Shown here piece by piece: positions 29,260-40,006 of a stretch of 64,000 nt of DNA. The notes below the pieces were generated by a model. That model saw nothing but the letters and a program-made list of their open reading frames with translations, had not been told where the DNA came from and ran no database searches. The first letter of the stretch is position 1; every line of letters begins with the position of its first letter. The translations under genes and the position numbers were made by a program. Source of the stretch: Marinicella sp. (GTDB lineage: Bacteria > Pseudomonadota > Gammaproteobacteria > Xanthomonadales > Marinicellaceae); NCBI GenBank assembly GCA_965230295.1, contig OZ246001.1, positions 608,001-672,000 of the forward strand. Direction: 5' to 3'.

Positions 29260-30521
29260 TATTTTACGGCCAAAATAGCATCTCTGCGATTGAGTGATTT
29301 GGCAAACACCAAGTGAACATCGCTGATCGCCCTTTCGATGAAACCACCTTCGCAGTAGCTGAAATAGAAGCGCCACATGCGTTGAAAGTCTTTGCCATAA
29401 CCCGCTTGTTCAATGGCATCAATGTTTTGATTGAATTTGTCGTGCCAATCCCTCAATGTAAAAGCGTAGCTTTCACCAAAATCTTCAAGATTAATCAGTT
29501 TCATTTCTGTGCTCTTGGCATTGGCGGTTGCAATGGCACCCACTGATGGGATGAAACTACCAGGAAATATGTATTTCTTGATGAAATCGACCGATTTCAA
29601 TGCCATTTCATAGCGGTGGTCTTCAATGGTGATGGCTTGGATCAAAGCCAGTCCATCAGGCTTGAGTAAATCATCACACTTTTTTAAATAAGTGGGCAAA
29701 TAATGGTGACCCACGGCTTCAATCATTTCTATAGAGACCAACTTGTCAAATTGACCATTCAACAATCGATAATCTTTTTTCAGCAAAGTGATTTGATCCT
29801 CTAAACCTTTGGCACTGATTTGTTCTGCTGCATAGGCATGCTGCTCTTCTGAAATGGTGGTCGTGGTCACATGACAGCCATAATTTTCAGCGGCATAAAT
29901 GGCAAAACCACCCCAGCCTGTGCCAATCTCGACCACTTGGTCGGTAGGCTGTAATTGTAATTTCTCACAGATGGTTCTGAGTTTCCTTTCACTGGCCACT
30001 TCCAGATCTTCATCAGATGTGTGGTAAATGGCCGATGAATACATCATCCTGGCATCTAAAAATTCCTTGAACAAATCATTGCCTAAATCGTAGTGACCAG
30101 CAATGTTCTTTCGGCTGCCTTTGAGTGTATTTTTATTAAAGAAATGCCCCACCTTCAGCAACGAATTCTTGATCCTGGCACTGCCGCCTTCCATGTTATC
30201 CAGTAAAGACCTGTTGCGAACAAAAATTTGTATCAAGTGCGTCAAATGATCACAGTCCCAATCACCAGCGATGTAAGACTCTGCTGCTCCAACACTGCCT
30301 TGAAAAGCCACATCTGAATAAAAGTTATCATTGTGCAAACTGATCACGGCTTTGAGGTCTGCCTGCTCATCACCAAACACATAGGTTTCATCAGGAGCAT
30401 GGATGGTCAGTTGGGCTTGTTTCAACTGATTCAAATGCTGAATGACTTGTTTCTTGATGAAACTTTTCATCCACCCAGCTTTGCTTGATCTTTTACTGCT
30501 TAAGGCTTCACTGTGGTTCAT
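29259..30521 (-). CDS. cfa: Cyclopropane-fatty-acyl-phospholipid synthase family methyltransferase (UfaM-like)
   Basis: NIAGHYDLGN, MMYSSA, EIGTGWGG, SIEMIEAVG, FIKKYIFPG, YFSYCEGGF. Confidence 0.88.
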   Translation of the reverse strand: MNHSEALSSKRSSKAGWMKSFIKKQVIQHLNQLKQAQLTIHAPDETYVFGDEQADLKAVISLHNDNFYSDVAFQGSVGAAESYIAGDWDCDHLTHLIQIFVRNRSLLDNMEGGSARIKNSLLKVGHFFNKNTLKGSRKNIAGHYDLGNDLFKEFLDARMMYSSAIYHTSDEDLEVASERKLRTICEKLQLQPTDQVVEIGTGWGGFAIYAAENYGCHVTTTTISEEQHAYAAEQISAKGLEDQITLLKKDYRLLNGQFDKLVSIEMIEAVGHHYLPTYLKKCDDLLKPDGLALIQAITIEDHRYEMALKSVDFIKKYIFPGSFIPSVGAIATANAKSTEMKLINLEDFGESYAFTLRDWHDKFNQNIDAIEQAGYGKDFQRMWRFYFSYCEGGFIERAISDVHLVFAKSLNRRDAILAVK

Positions 30522-30572
30522 GGTATTGTCTCCAACGGTTCAACGTCCCGTAATGTTTGTTGTATCAAATTC

Positions 30573-31361
30573 TTATTTCAAGGTTTTCGGGTGGGCAAAA
30601 AAAGGTACTCGTTTCAGCCATAATTTTAAGGCTTGCCAATAAATGCCCAGCGACATTTTCCAAGGTTGAAATGACCTCTTCAATGCAAAGCTGTTGATGT
30701 TATTTTCCATAACAGGTGTGATTTTCGTGTCTAAAACAACATTCAAAACATTCACGTCATTTTTATCCACTGCCATCCTCACCCCTATTCTTTCTGGGGA
30801 AACACTGAAATCCCAGCGGTAAGACATCTGCATGTCCATAAACGGTGAAATATGGAATTGTTTAGCAAAAGAAAACGCGTAATTGCCTTGATTGATGATG
30901 GCTTGATGGCAGTCATGAAGATACAAGTGTTTTTCACCCCATGGGGTGTTGGTGATTTCAGACACGATGTAACGCAATTTTTGATCGTTATAACAAAAAT
31001 AGAAATTAACCGAATTGAATCCATACCCTAAAAACCGGGGGTGGGTGAACAAAAACACCTGCCCCTTAAATTCAAGGCCTGTTTGTTGTTGCAAAAAGGA
31101 CTCAAGTTTCTCCTTGATTGGCAATTGTTCCTGATTGATGTAATCTTTGTCATGAAGGCTAAAAACTGCGAATTTATTGTGTTGCCAAAACTTTGATTTT
31201 TCTGTCCATTGGTTGAATTTATCCAAGTCAAACAAACACCAACACATTTGATACTTAAAGCGGTGTTTTTTGGGTACTTTGCGGTTGTGGATCACATAAC
31301 CATCCGCAAACCCGGGTCGAATCTGGCTGAGTTCTTTGATCATTTGTTGACCCAGATTCAT
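30573..31361 (-). CDS. DUF1365 family protein (UfaO-like)
   Basis: HNR..PKKHRFKY, GYGFNSVNFYFC, EITNTPWGEKH, KQFHISPF, IYWQALKLW. Confidence 0.88.
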   Translation of the reverse strand: MNLGQQMIKELSQIRPGFADGYVIHNRKVPKKHRFKYQMCWCLFDLDKFNQWTEKSKFWQHNKFAVFSLHDKDYINQEQLPIKEKLESFLQQQTGLEFKGQVFLFTHPRFLGYGFNSVNFYFCYNDQKLRYIVSEITNTPWGEKHLYLHDCHQAIINQGNYAFSFAKQFHISPFMDMQMSYRWDFSVSPERIGVRMAVDKNDVNVLNVVLDTKITPVMENNINSFALKRSFQPWKMSLGIYWQALKLWLKRVPFFAHPKTLK

Positions 31362-32596
31362 AACAACCCTTTCAACAAAGCAGCCACTTCGACACCACTT
31401 CTTGCACCATCCTCATGAAAGCCCCAACCCAAATAAGCGCCACAGTAATAAGTGTTCTGCTGTCCTTGTAATTGTTGGATTTGTTTCTGTGCCACCAATG
31501 TTTCCCGGGTATAAACAGGGTGGTGGTATTTTTTGGACAATAAGATTTTATTCGGGTCTATGTATTCATTTTGATTCAAGCTCACCACCACCGGGGTGTC
31601 ACAGGGCAATGACTGTAATAAATTCATGTAATAATTGACGGTACAAACAGGCTTGGCTGTGGCGTGTTTGTTAACGCTCCAACTGGCCCAGGCTTGTTTA
31701 TTTTTCGGCAACAGGCTGGCATCGGTGTGTAAATCCATATGATTTTCTACATAAGGGATACCACTGAGTGCAACTTGTTCTGCCTGACTGGGTTGGGACA
31801 ACATCTGCAAGCTGGTGTCCGTGTGGGTGGCAAAAACCACATAATCAAAGGTTTCTGCTCCTGCCTGGGTCACCACCTCCACTTGAGGACCACCGCGGTT
31901 AACTGCATACACAGTCGTGTCCAATTTTATTTTTCCAGTCATGTGCTCTTCAATGGCTTTGACGTAAGCTTTTGAACCCTGCTTGATGGTTCGCCATTCT
32001 GGACGTTGGTTGATTTGCAACATCTGGTGATTTTTCATGAACTGTAACATGAACACCAAAGGGTAATCTTGTACTGAGGCAAAGTCGCCGGACCACAGGG
32101 CACTGACCATCGGAATGATGTGTTCTTCAATGAAATAATCACTGTAATGGTGCTGTCGAAGGTAGTCAAAAACGCCGACTTCTGTGCCAGATGCCATGAT
32201 CTCTTCAGCTTGGCCATAAAAACGCTTGATGTCCAACAACATGCGATAAAATTTAGGCTTGAACAAATTTGATTTTTGACAAAATAAGGTTCTTAAACTG
32301 GTGGCGTTGTACTCTAAACCTGTGACTCGATTGGCCACCGCAAAACTCATGTCCGATTTGATGGATTCAACCCCATATTTCTTCAACATCGCATTGAAAT
32401 GTACGTACACATCTTCATTGAACACGATAAAGCCCGTATCAACATTGATGGTTTTGCCATCAACCATTACAGTTTGCGTATTGGCATGACCACCCAAATA
32501 ATCAGCTTGTTCATACAAAGTGTAATCGACTTGACCATTAAGTTGATCTGCCACCATCAAGCCACTGACTCCCCCACCGATGATTGCTACTTTCAT
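31358..32596 (-). CDS. FAD-dependent oxidoreductase (UfaD-like)
   Basis: GGGVSG, GGHANT, VDTGFIVFN, GAYLGWGFHEDG; start at MKVAII (ATGA overlap). Confidence 0.88.
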   Translation of the reverse strand: MKVAIIGGGVSGLMVADQLNGQVDYTLYEQADYLGGHANTQTVMVDGKTINVDTGFIVFNEDVYVHFNAMLKKYGVESIKSDMSFAVANRVTGLEYNATSLRTLFCQKSNLFKPKFYRMLLDIKRFYGQAEEIMASGTEVGVFDYLRQHHYSDYFIEEHIIPMVSALWSGDFASVQDYPLVFMLQFMKNHQMLQINQRPEWRTIKQGSKAYVKAIEEHMTGKIKLDTTVYAVNRGGPQVEVVTQAGAETFDYVVFATHTDTSLQMLSQPSQAEQVALSGIPYVENHMDLHTDASLLPKNKQAWASWSVNKHATAKPVCTVNYYMNLLQSLPCDTPVVVSLNQNEYIDPNKILLSKKYHHPVYTRETLVAQKQIQQLQGQQNTYYCGAYLGWGFHEDGARSGVEVAALLKGLL

Positions 32597-33513
32597 GTCC
32601 GGGCCTTGATCCTTTTTTTGTTCAACAATTCTTGATTGGGGTATTTCAGATCCCAGATCAGTCCCACTTTGTCCATCATGTATAAGACATAATAACTGAG
32701 GTCGATTTGCCACCATTTGAACCCTTGTTTGACTGAACCAGGACTGCAATGGTGGTTGTTATGCCACCCTTCTCCCAAGGTCAAAATGGCCAACAAGAAA
32801 TTATTCTTACTGTCATCCTTGGTTTCATAACTGCGAAACCCGAATACATGAGCCAATGAGTTGATGCAATATGTGATGTGAGATAACAACACCGTTGACA
32901 CAAAGTAACCCCAGATCACCAATTGCCAGCCAGAGGTATCAAGCTGTGGGTAACTGGTTTGCAACACACTGCCCAATCCAAATAACAACACCGCAAAGAG
33001 TATGGGAAATAAGATGTCAAATCGATCAATGAATTTCAACTCAGGGAATTTTTCCAGATCTTTGACATATTGCGACTTAACAGCAAAATTCTTCTTCATT
33101 AAAAACCATTTCAAGTGACTGTGCCAAAATCCATCTCTGGGAGAGTGGCTGTCTTCTTCAGAATCTGCATGAATGTGGTGATGCCTGTGGTGGGCCGCCC
33201 ACCAAATGGGCCCTCTTTGGGTTGCTGTGGCCCCCAAAACCCCAAAAACAGCCTGGAGCCAACGGTATGTTTTGAATGATTTGTGGGAGAAATAACGGTG
33301 ATAGAAAGCCGTAATGGCAAACATGCGCACCACATAGGACAACAAACAGATCAATACAGCCACCCATGAAATGCCGACAATAAAAACAAACAAACAGGCC
33401 AAATGAATGGCAATGAATGGAATGATTCTGCTCATATCAATGGCATCAGGGTTCTCTAACTGCTCAACTTGGCTTTGGGTGTTGTCAAACCATTTAGTGA
33501 TTGTGTTTTTCAT
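32593..33513 (-). CDS. Acyl-CoA (delta-9-like) fatty acid desaturase
   Basis: His boxes HRYFSH, HRHHH, HNNHH. Confidence 0.9.
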   Translation of the reverse strand: MKNTITKWFDNTQSQVEQLENPDAIDMSRIIPFIAIHLACLFVFIVGISWVAVLICLLSYVVRMFAITAFYHRYFSHKSFKTYRWLQAVFGVLGATATQRGPIWWAAHHRHHHIHADSEEDSHSPRDGFWHSHLKWFLMKKNFAVKSQYVKDLEKFPELKFIDRFDILFPILFAVLLFGLGSVLQTSYPQLDTSGWQLVIWGYFVSTVLLSHITYCINSLAHVFGFRSYETKDDSKNNFLLAILTLGEGWHNNHHCSPGSVKQGFKWWQIDLSYYVLYMMDKVGLIWDLKYPNQELLNKKRIKART

Positions 33514-33652
33514 TAAGGCAAAATTTATAGGATGAGAATATGATAGAAATCCGTCGGTGAAGATCCTGTGAATGATGATTCTCAATTCTTCACATCAAAT
33601 ACACATGGGTCCAATTACGATGGGAGCTTTAAATGACATTGTTAACAACTGC

Positions 33653-34207
33653 ATGAAAACTCTGATCGCAATTTCAGTGGCCACATTGCTGTTATACGCA
33701 TGCAGCAGGGCGCCAGATTTGAAACCAAATCGAACCGCTGAACAGTATTTTGCTCACTTGGCCAACACACCGGCAACCACAGAACATGACGTGGCACGAA
33801 TTTTTGGTAGAATATTCACTGATTTTAAACAAGGTGCGACTGAAGACAACATCAGGTCAGTTTACGCAGACCAACTGTATTTTAATGACACCTTTAAAAT
33901 CATAGACAACATTGATGAACTTGTTCATTACATGTCACATTCAGCCGGTAATGTTGAAAGTACTGTGGTTGATATATTAGATGTGATTCATACCGATCAG
34001 GATTATTTCATCAGGTGGTCTATGGAAATGAAATTTAAAGTTAAGGGTAAAGCCGTTTTTTCTCAATCCATAGGCATGACCCAACTGCGATTCAATCCAG
34101 CTGGCAAAGTGGTGTTCCATCAGGATTTTTGGGATTCCTCTGAGGCCTTTTATGAGCATTTACCATTTTTGGGACGATTTGTTAAAAAAGTAAAAACCAT
34201 GTTATGA
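33653..34207 (+). CDS. SnoaL/NTF2-like lipoprotein
   Basis: Lipobox LYAC; YA..LYFND, HQDFWD, YEHLPFLG. Confidence 0.75.
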   Translation: MKTLIAISVATLLLYACSRAPDLKPNRTAEQYFAHLANTPATTEHDVARIFGRIFTDFKQGATEDNIRSVYADQLYFNDTFKIIDNIDELVHYMSHSAGNVESTVVDILDVIHTDQDYFIRWSMEMKFKVKGKAVFSQSIGMTQLRFNPAGKVVFHQDFWDSSEAFYEHLPFLGRFVKKVKTML

Positions 34208-34217
34208 GGAAAGATCC

Positions 34218-34754
34218 ATGAAACTCCTGTTCTCAATTCTGGCTTTGATAATTGCTGGCTCAGTGCGTGCCACTGAACACTTGCCCTCTACAATCGATCA
34301 AAATAACAACCAATACGAACGTTGCAACGCATTCACCTTAAGGTATGCACTGGTCATCAAAGTGGTGGAGATTGGGTGGTATGCGCCCAACTGTTCAGAA
34401 GCTTCTACCATCCTGGAAACCGGCAATAAAATAGTTCGCTTTCATTACTTGAAAAATGTGGATGCTGATTTTTTTAAAGAAAGTGCCGAAGAATACTTTT
34501 TATTGAATTTGGATGATGAAGTATTACAAAAACAATTGACCGAACCCTTGCTGGCTTTCAATGCAGGATATACAGACATTACTGGTGGTGAATATTTTGA
34601 CCTGGTACATTCAGGGGGTAGTCAACTCAGTTTGTATAAAAACCATGAATTACTGACTGTCTCCGACAACAGTGTGTTTTCACAAGCCTATTTTAATATT
34701 TGGTTTGGTAGGAAACCTGTCATCAGTAAATTAAAAAACGCCTTCAGCAATTAA
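34218..34754 (+). CDS. Chalcone isomerase-like secreted protein
   Basis: Signal peptide; FSQAYFNIWFG..P...LK C-terminus; typical member of cfa clusters. Confidence 0.65.
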   Translation: MKLLFSILALIIAGSVRATEHLPSTIDQNNNQYERCNAFTLRYALVIKVVEIGWYAPNCSEASTILETGNKIVRFHYLKNVDADFFKESAEEYFLLNLDDEVLQKQLTEPLLAFNAGYTDITGGEYFDLVHSGGSQLSLYKNHELLTVSDNSVFSQAYFNIWFGRKPVISKLKNAFSN

Positions 34755-34771
34755 ACCAAAACCCAAAAAAG

Positions 34772-34793
34772 GTTTTGATGTCGACATCAAAAC
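34772..34793. terminator. Perfect 22-bp palindrome between convergent genes
   Basis: GTTTTGATGTCGACATCAAAAC equals its own reverse complement. Confidence 0.5.
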
Positions 34794-35804
34794 TTAAGCG
34801 ACCACCCTATTCCTACCTTGTTGTTTGGCCTGGTATAACTTGTTATCCGCCAGTTTTAGCATGTCCTCTATCGATTTAGATGGCCCATTGATCACCATGC
34901 CTACGCTGACTGTGACCTCGTGATTCTGCATTTTCTCGATCTTCATTTTTTGGGTTGTTACTCTGATAGATTCTGCCAACTTATAGGCAGATGTATCATA
35001 TGAAAGTGGTATTAATATTAAAAACTCCTCTCCTCCGATTCTGAAAGACTCGCCTTGATCTTTGGTCGCAGATTCAATGATCTGTGCAAACTCTATCAAC
35101 ACTTGATCACCGATGGCATGCCCGTATTGATCATTGATTTCTTTGAAATGATCCAAATCTAACAGCAACATCCCTAATTGTTCTCCTGTTTCCACCGCTG
35201 CTTCTTGCATCTCGTTGAAAATTCGCTCCAATAATATGCGATTATAGAGGTTTGTGAGGTGGTCCTTCACTGCCATTTTTCTGAGTTGGTTTTTGGTTCT
35301 TTGGTTGGCAAACTCGTAAGCGTGCGACAGTATCCAAAACAATGAAGATGTGAAGAAAACATTGCCATAAGAGACATGCTCGGACATCGATGGATGACCA
35401 CTGAACCTCGCCAGAAAAAACCAGGCAGATGTGCTGAAGAAAACAGCTGTGACCATGAACCCGACTTTCACACCCAGCAACAGATAAGAAACCATGGGAA
35501 TCACCAATGCCCAGATAAAAATGCTGTCTGATGACTTTTCAGAAGAAAATGCATAAGTCAAGAATGAGCAAAACAATAACACATAAATCAATGACAGCAG
35601 CTCAATATTGACGTTATCTTTATGCCAATACATATAAACAAGGACTGTCAATGAAAAGGCCGCAACAAAAAACTCAAGTCCAGCCAACAAATAGTGATTG
35701 CGATACACATTCAATACGGCAAACACTGATGCAGCCACCACCGATGACAGCAAAAACACTTGCAAGACTATTTTCTTATGTTTGTCGACTTGACGGTTTA
35801 ACAC
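34794..35804 (-). CDS. Membrane-bound diguanylate cyclase
   Basis: About 6 TM helices; DLDHFKEINDQYGH, GGEEF, GRN. Confidence 0.92.
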   Translation of the reverse strand: MLNRQVDKHKKIVLQVFLLSSVVAASVFAVLNVYRNHYLLAGLEFFVAAFSLTVLVYMYWHKDNVNIELLSLIYVLLFCSFLTYAFSSEKSSDSIFIWALVIPMVSYLLLGVKVGFMVTAVFFSTSAWFFLARFSGHPSMSEHVSYGNVFFTSSLFWILSHAYEFANQRTKNQLRKMAVKDHLTNLYNRILLERIFNEMQEAAVETGEQLGMLLLDLDHFKEINDQYGHAIGDQVLIEFAQIIESATKDQGESFRIGGEEFLILIPLSYDTSAYKLAESIRVTTQKMKIEKMQNHEVTVSVGMVINGPSKSIEDMLKLADNKLYQAKQQGRNRVVA

Positions 35805-35913
35805 AGGGCAGCCACTTTTTACTCACACCCATCCATGTTAGATGAAATTCATCCAATTAACCAGTCAAGACAGCTACTTCATCGAAACTGTGGCCTGTTA
35901 ACAGGCCCCAGTC

Positions 35914-36861
35914 TCACAAATTATTCCGCAACCCCAATTCATATGGGTAAGGAGACAGGTATTTTTGGTTCAACAAGTACTCAACCTGGTAGATTTCCAC
36001 ATAATGCTTCAGCATGGTGATGGGTACGATCAAGTGGACTTTCTGCTCTTTGTATCGTTCAATCAGATTGATGATCGACATTTTCACTTCAGACGGCAGT
36101 TGAGATTTTAAGAAACCCAACATATGTAACAAGACATTGACGTGGTTATTAACTTTAGCCACATGAGTAAGGCATTCGGTAAACAGTTGAAAATAGGCGG
36201 TTAGAATTTCATCAATCGGCCCCACACCTGCATCAGCCACCAATTGCCCAAGCTTTCTGTAATGTGCTTCAGAATGTGCTTGTAAGAGGAACTTATAGCG
36301 GGTGTGAAATGCCACCAGATTTTTAGGTAATGGATCAGCCAAAACATGTTCACGCCAATCATGGTTCGCGAACACTCGGATGATGAAATTTTCGCGCAAT
36401 CTGATGTCATTCAGTCGACCGGCTTCTTCCATAGGCAGTAAAGGATGGTGTTGTTTTAATTGATAGGCAAATGCCCCCATCGCTGGTTCAGTCTCAGGCA
36501 TGCCATTTTGATTGTAAACTTTTACCCTGAACACGCCGCAACTGGGTGATTTTTGCATGAAGATATAGCCACATAAGTCCTTCAATTCCGGTGCTTTGAG
36601 ATCGGCCAATTGGTGCAATTGATCGGTGTAGTCCTGGCTTTGGTCAGTGACATTTTTAACCCTGATTTGATTGTTTTCATTCACCAATCTGATGGGTTCC
36701 CTGGGTATACCCATACCAATTTCTACTTCAGGACAGATGGGCACGAATTCAAACCATTCGGACAAAATCTGACTACAAAAAGGCGAGTTTTTATGTGAAC
36801 CATTGAACCTGACTGGCTGACCCAGCAAACAAGCACTGATGCCGACCCTGATTTTTTTCAT
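35914..36861 (-). CDS. YbgA family (DUF523/DUF1722) protein
   Basis: GISACLLG..VRFNG, CPEVEIG, KSPSCG, FHTRYK, PYPYEL. Confidence 0.88.
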   Translation of the reverse strand: MKKIRVGISACLLGQPVRFNGSHKNSPFCSQILSEWFEFVPICPEVEIGMGIPREPIRLVNENNQIRVKNVTDQSQDYTDQLHQLADLKAPELKDLCGYIFMQKSPSCGVFRVKVYNQNGMPETEPAMGAFAYQLKQHHPLLPMEEAGRLNDIRLRENFIIRVFANHDWREHVLADPLPKNLVAFHTRYKFLLQAHSEAHYRKLGQLVADAGVGPIDEILTAYFQLFTECLTHVAKVNNHVNVLLHMLGFLKSQLPSEVKMSIINLIERYKEQKVHLIVPITMLKHYVEIYQVEYLLNQKYLSPYPYELGLRNNL

Positions 36862-36922
36862 ACCGTATCTCTGTTCCAAAATGACAGGGTAATTCACAGC
36901 ATGTCAAAAATGTGTAAAAAAA

Positions 36923-38758
36923 TCAGGCTTTGGGTGTTTTTTTCCGCGCCTTGTTTTTTGGCTTGGCTTTGCCTTTCCTGATCGACTTGCGTTTTTTGTT
37001 CTTACTCTTGAAATCCTTTTTCGGCCGCTTGGCTTTTTTAGGTCCATCACCCATTCTTTGAATTTCACTTTTTCTGCCGCATATCCGACCGCCCCACAAC
37101 AGTGACAGGATTTCTTTCGGCATGTCTGCAGGTAAATCAACAGTGGTGACGTGCTCATAAATATCAATCTGACCCACGTAATCACGATCCAACTCAGCTT
37201 CATTACAAATCATTCCAACAATGTTACTGGGTCTGACACCGTGTTTTCTGCCTACTGAAAGTTGAAAACGCTCCATTTTAATGTCTGGATGGGCATTCAA
37301 AGGGACCGGGGTAGGATCGATGAAGTCATTGTCAATGTTCCTCTGGGTTCTCCGATGTGGCTGCCCGCTTTCTGACCGACTGTCTTGCTCCGAAGTTTTG
37401 ATGCCCTTGTTGCGTTCGTGTCTTTCACCTTTGGTCTCTGTCAGCAACATGCCTTTATCACCATGAATCATGTAGGCCAGTGCAGCTGCAATTTGTTTGG
37501 GTGAAAAATCAGTCTCTTGCTCAAATTCATCAACCAGTTGTTGATAAATTGATAAATCCTTGGCAGCCAGGGTCTCAATGATTTGGTTTTTAAACCGCAT
37601 CATGCGGTTGTCATTGATGTCAGCAACCGTAGGAATTGTCATGGATTCTATTGGCTGATTGGTGGCTTTTTCTATCATCCTCAACATCCGCTGTTCTCGG
37701 CGTGAGATGAACAAGATGGCCTCACCTGAACGACCCGCCCTGCCTGTGCGGCCGATGCGGTGTACATATGATTCTGTGTCGTAAGGGATGTCATAATTGA
37801 TGACGTGACTGATGCGGTCCACATCCAACCCGCGAGCCACCACATCAGTACCAATCAAGATATCAATCGAACCATTTTTCAATTTTGATACCAACCGTTC
37901 ACGCTGCTTTTGCACCATATCGCCATTCAAGGCTTCTGCAGAAAACCCACGGGCTTGTAGTTTTTCTGCCAACTCTTCTGTGGCCATTTTGGTGCGTACA
38001 AAAATCAACACCCCATCAAAATCCTCTACCTCCAAAACCCGAGTCAACGCTTCTAATTTTTTCATACCACTGACCATCCAATAACGTTGTTTGATGTTTT
38101 TGGCTGTGGTGGTTTTGGTTTCTATCTTGATGTCAACCGGCTGATGTAGATGATTGACAGCCACTTTTTTAACTTCTTTGGGCATGGTGGCTGAAAACAA
38201 GGCAATTTGCCGATCTTTAGGTGTGTGGCTTAATATCCAATCGACATCATCAATAAAACCCATACGCAGCATCTCATCGGCTTCATCCAACACCAAGGTA
38301 TTCAGCTCATCCAGTTTCAAGGTTTTTCGACGCATGTGGTCCATCACCCGTCCTGGCGTGCCCACCACCACTTGAACGCCACGTTTCAACTTCCTCAATT
38401 GGATGTCATAGCTCTGACCACCATAAATGGGCAAGACATGGAATCCATCTATATGGCGTGCATAAGACTGAAAAGCCTCTGCCACCTGGATCGCTAACTC
38501 ACGAGTCGGCGTTAACACCAACACTTGAACATGTTTGGCTTGCATGTCCAGTCCTGAAATAATCGGTAAGGCAAAAGCAGCGGTTTTACCGGTACCTGTT
38601 TGGGCTTGTCCAAGCACATCTTTGCCGGCCAAGATTGGCGGAATACTGGCTTCTTGAATCGGAGAAGGTTGTTCATAGCCATTTTCCTGAATGGATTTAA
38701 GAATGGCTGGTGAGAGGCCTAAATCATTGAATGAATGGATTTTGTTGGATTTTGACAT
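36923..38758 (-). CDS. deaD: DEAD-box RNA helicase DeaD/CsdA
   Basis: AQTGTGKT, PTRELA, DEADEM, SAT, HRIGRTGRAG; DbpA-type RNA-binding C-terminal domain. Confidence 0.9.
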   Translation of the reverse strand: MSKSNKIHSFNDLGLSPAILKSIQENGYEQPSPIQEASIPPILAGKDVLGQAQTGTGKTAAFALPIISGLDMQAKHVQVLVLTPTRELAIQVAEAFQSYARHIDGFHVLPIYGGQSYDIQLRKLKRGVQVVVGTPGRVMDHMRRKTLKLDELNTLVLDEADEMLRMGFIDDVDWILSHTPKDRQIALFSATMPKEVKKVAVNHLHQPVDIKIETKTTTAKNIKQRYWMVSGMKKLEALTRVLEVEDFDGVLIFVRTKMATEELAEKLQARGFSAEALNGDMVQKQRERLVSKLKNGSIDILIGTDVVARGLDVDRISHVINYDIPYDTESYVHRIGRTGRAGRSGEAILFISRREQRMLRMIEKATNQPIESMTIPTVADINDNRMMRFKNQIIETLAAKDLSIYQQLVDEFEQETDFSPKQIAAALAYMIHGDKGMLLTETKGERHERNKGIKTSEQDSRSESGQPHRRTQRNIDNDFIDPTPVPLNAHPDIKMERFQLSVGRKHGVRPSNIVGMICNEAELDRDYVGQIDIYEHVTTVDLPADMPKEILSLLWGGRICGRKSEIQRMGDGPKKAKRPKKDFKSKNKKRKSIRKGKAKPKNKARKKTPKA

Positions 38759-38864
38759 GATGATTGAGGCACTGCTGAAAAAGTGTGCGGATTATATAGC
38801 AAGCCGAACCAAATAACACAATTAAACGGTGTTAATCCAGTTTATAGCGCAGTTTCATTCAAAA

Positions 38865-39962
38865 TCAGGACTTGTTGACCAAACTCAAGTCATTTTTATA
38901 CAAAGTCATCAGCTTCTTATCCATGACCTTATACCAAAGCGCAGGGATGTATGCCAACAAAAACATGCCCATATAACCTGTAGGCAGTTGAGGTGCTTCT
39001 TCGAAGTGACGCAGGCTTTGATAATGGCGTGCCGGGTTGGCATGGTGATCAGAATGCCTTTGTAAATGAAAGAGCACCAAATTTGAAATCAAGTGATTAG
39101 AATTCCAGGAATGAACCGGCTCACACCTTTGGTATTTACCGTGGGCATCTTTTTGTCTCAATAAACCATAATGTTCAATGTAGTTCGCACTGGTTAACTG
39201 CCACCAAACGATCGGTGCATGTATCATCAAAATCAATAAAGCTGTCCACCCAAATAACCATGTGAACAGGGTGTAAATCAAGGCGGTCAAATAATAAGAA
39301 TGTAATATTTGATTGTCAGTTGAGTACCAGGCCAACCCTTTTCGAGCCAAACGTTGGGTTTCTATTTTCCAAGCCCGCTTGAGGCCCCCTGGGTATTCTC
39401 TCAAGGCAAAGCGATAAATACTCTCTCCCATTCGTGCACTGGCTGTGTCTTCAGGTGTGGCCACTTCTTTATGATGGCCGGCATTGTGTTCAATGTTAAA
39501 ATGTCCATAGGCGCCACTGGCCAACGCCAGCTTAGCCAGATTCTTATCAAGACGAGATTTTTTATGCCCCAATTCATGACCTAAATTGACAGCAAGGCCT
39601 CCAAACACTCCCAAAGTCAATATGATCACAGCATGCATCCACAGTGACAACGATTCAGTCACTAAAAACTCAATGGTGTAATACATCACAAAAAAATGCA
39701 GTGGTAGCATCAAGTATAAAACCCAATTGTAATAGGTGACCGCCTCTAGCTCAGGCACCTGTTGTTCATTCGGATTGCTGTTGTCTTTGGCAAAAATCAA
39801 ATCCAACAAGGGAATGATAAAGTAGATAAAAACCAAAGGAATGAACAGCATCGCTGGGATTTGAGTTTGTTTAAACAAAACCATACCAAGCAAACCAACC
39901 AAGGGCATTAATGTGGACAGTATCCAAAGGTATTTTTTCGGCTTTTGTGATTGTTCAGTCAT
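38865..39962 (-). CDS. alkB: Alkane 1-monooxygenase
   Basis: HELGHK, EHNAGHH, NYIEHYG, LQRHSDHHA. Confidence 0.92.
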   Translation of the reverse strand: MTEQSQKPKKYLWILSTLMPLVGLLGMVLFKQTQIPAMLFIPLVFIYFIIPLLDLIFAKDNSNPNEQQVPELEAVTYYNWVLYLMLPLHFFVMYYTIEFLVTESLSLWMHAVIILTLGVFGGLAVNLGHELGHKKSRLDKNLAKLALASGAYGHFNIEHNAGHHKEVATPEDTASARMGESIYRFALREYPGGLKRAWKIETQRLARKGLAWYSTDNQILHSYYLTALIYTLFTWLFGWTALLILMIHAPIVWWQLTSANYIEHYGLLRQKDAHGKYQRCEPVHSWNSNHLISNLVLFHLQRHSDHHANPARHYQSLRHFEEAPQLPTGYMGMFLLAYIPALWYKVMDKKLMTLYKNDLSLVNKS

Positions 39963-40006
39963 TTTGTCTTACCATCAAGTCAACGAATAATTTTAACATA
40001 TTAGCA

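Noticed and set aside
33557-33593. GTGAAGA...TCTTCAC inverted repeat or RpoE-ChrR promoter at the desaturase divergence
   Set aside because: Short arms and no convincing TGATC-N18-CGTA match
36904-37203. Basic 99-aa ORF overlapping the deaD 3' end
   Set aside because: Alternative frame of the Lys-rich DeaD tail; DeaD itself is intact
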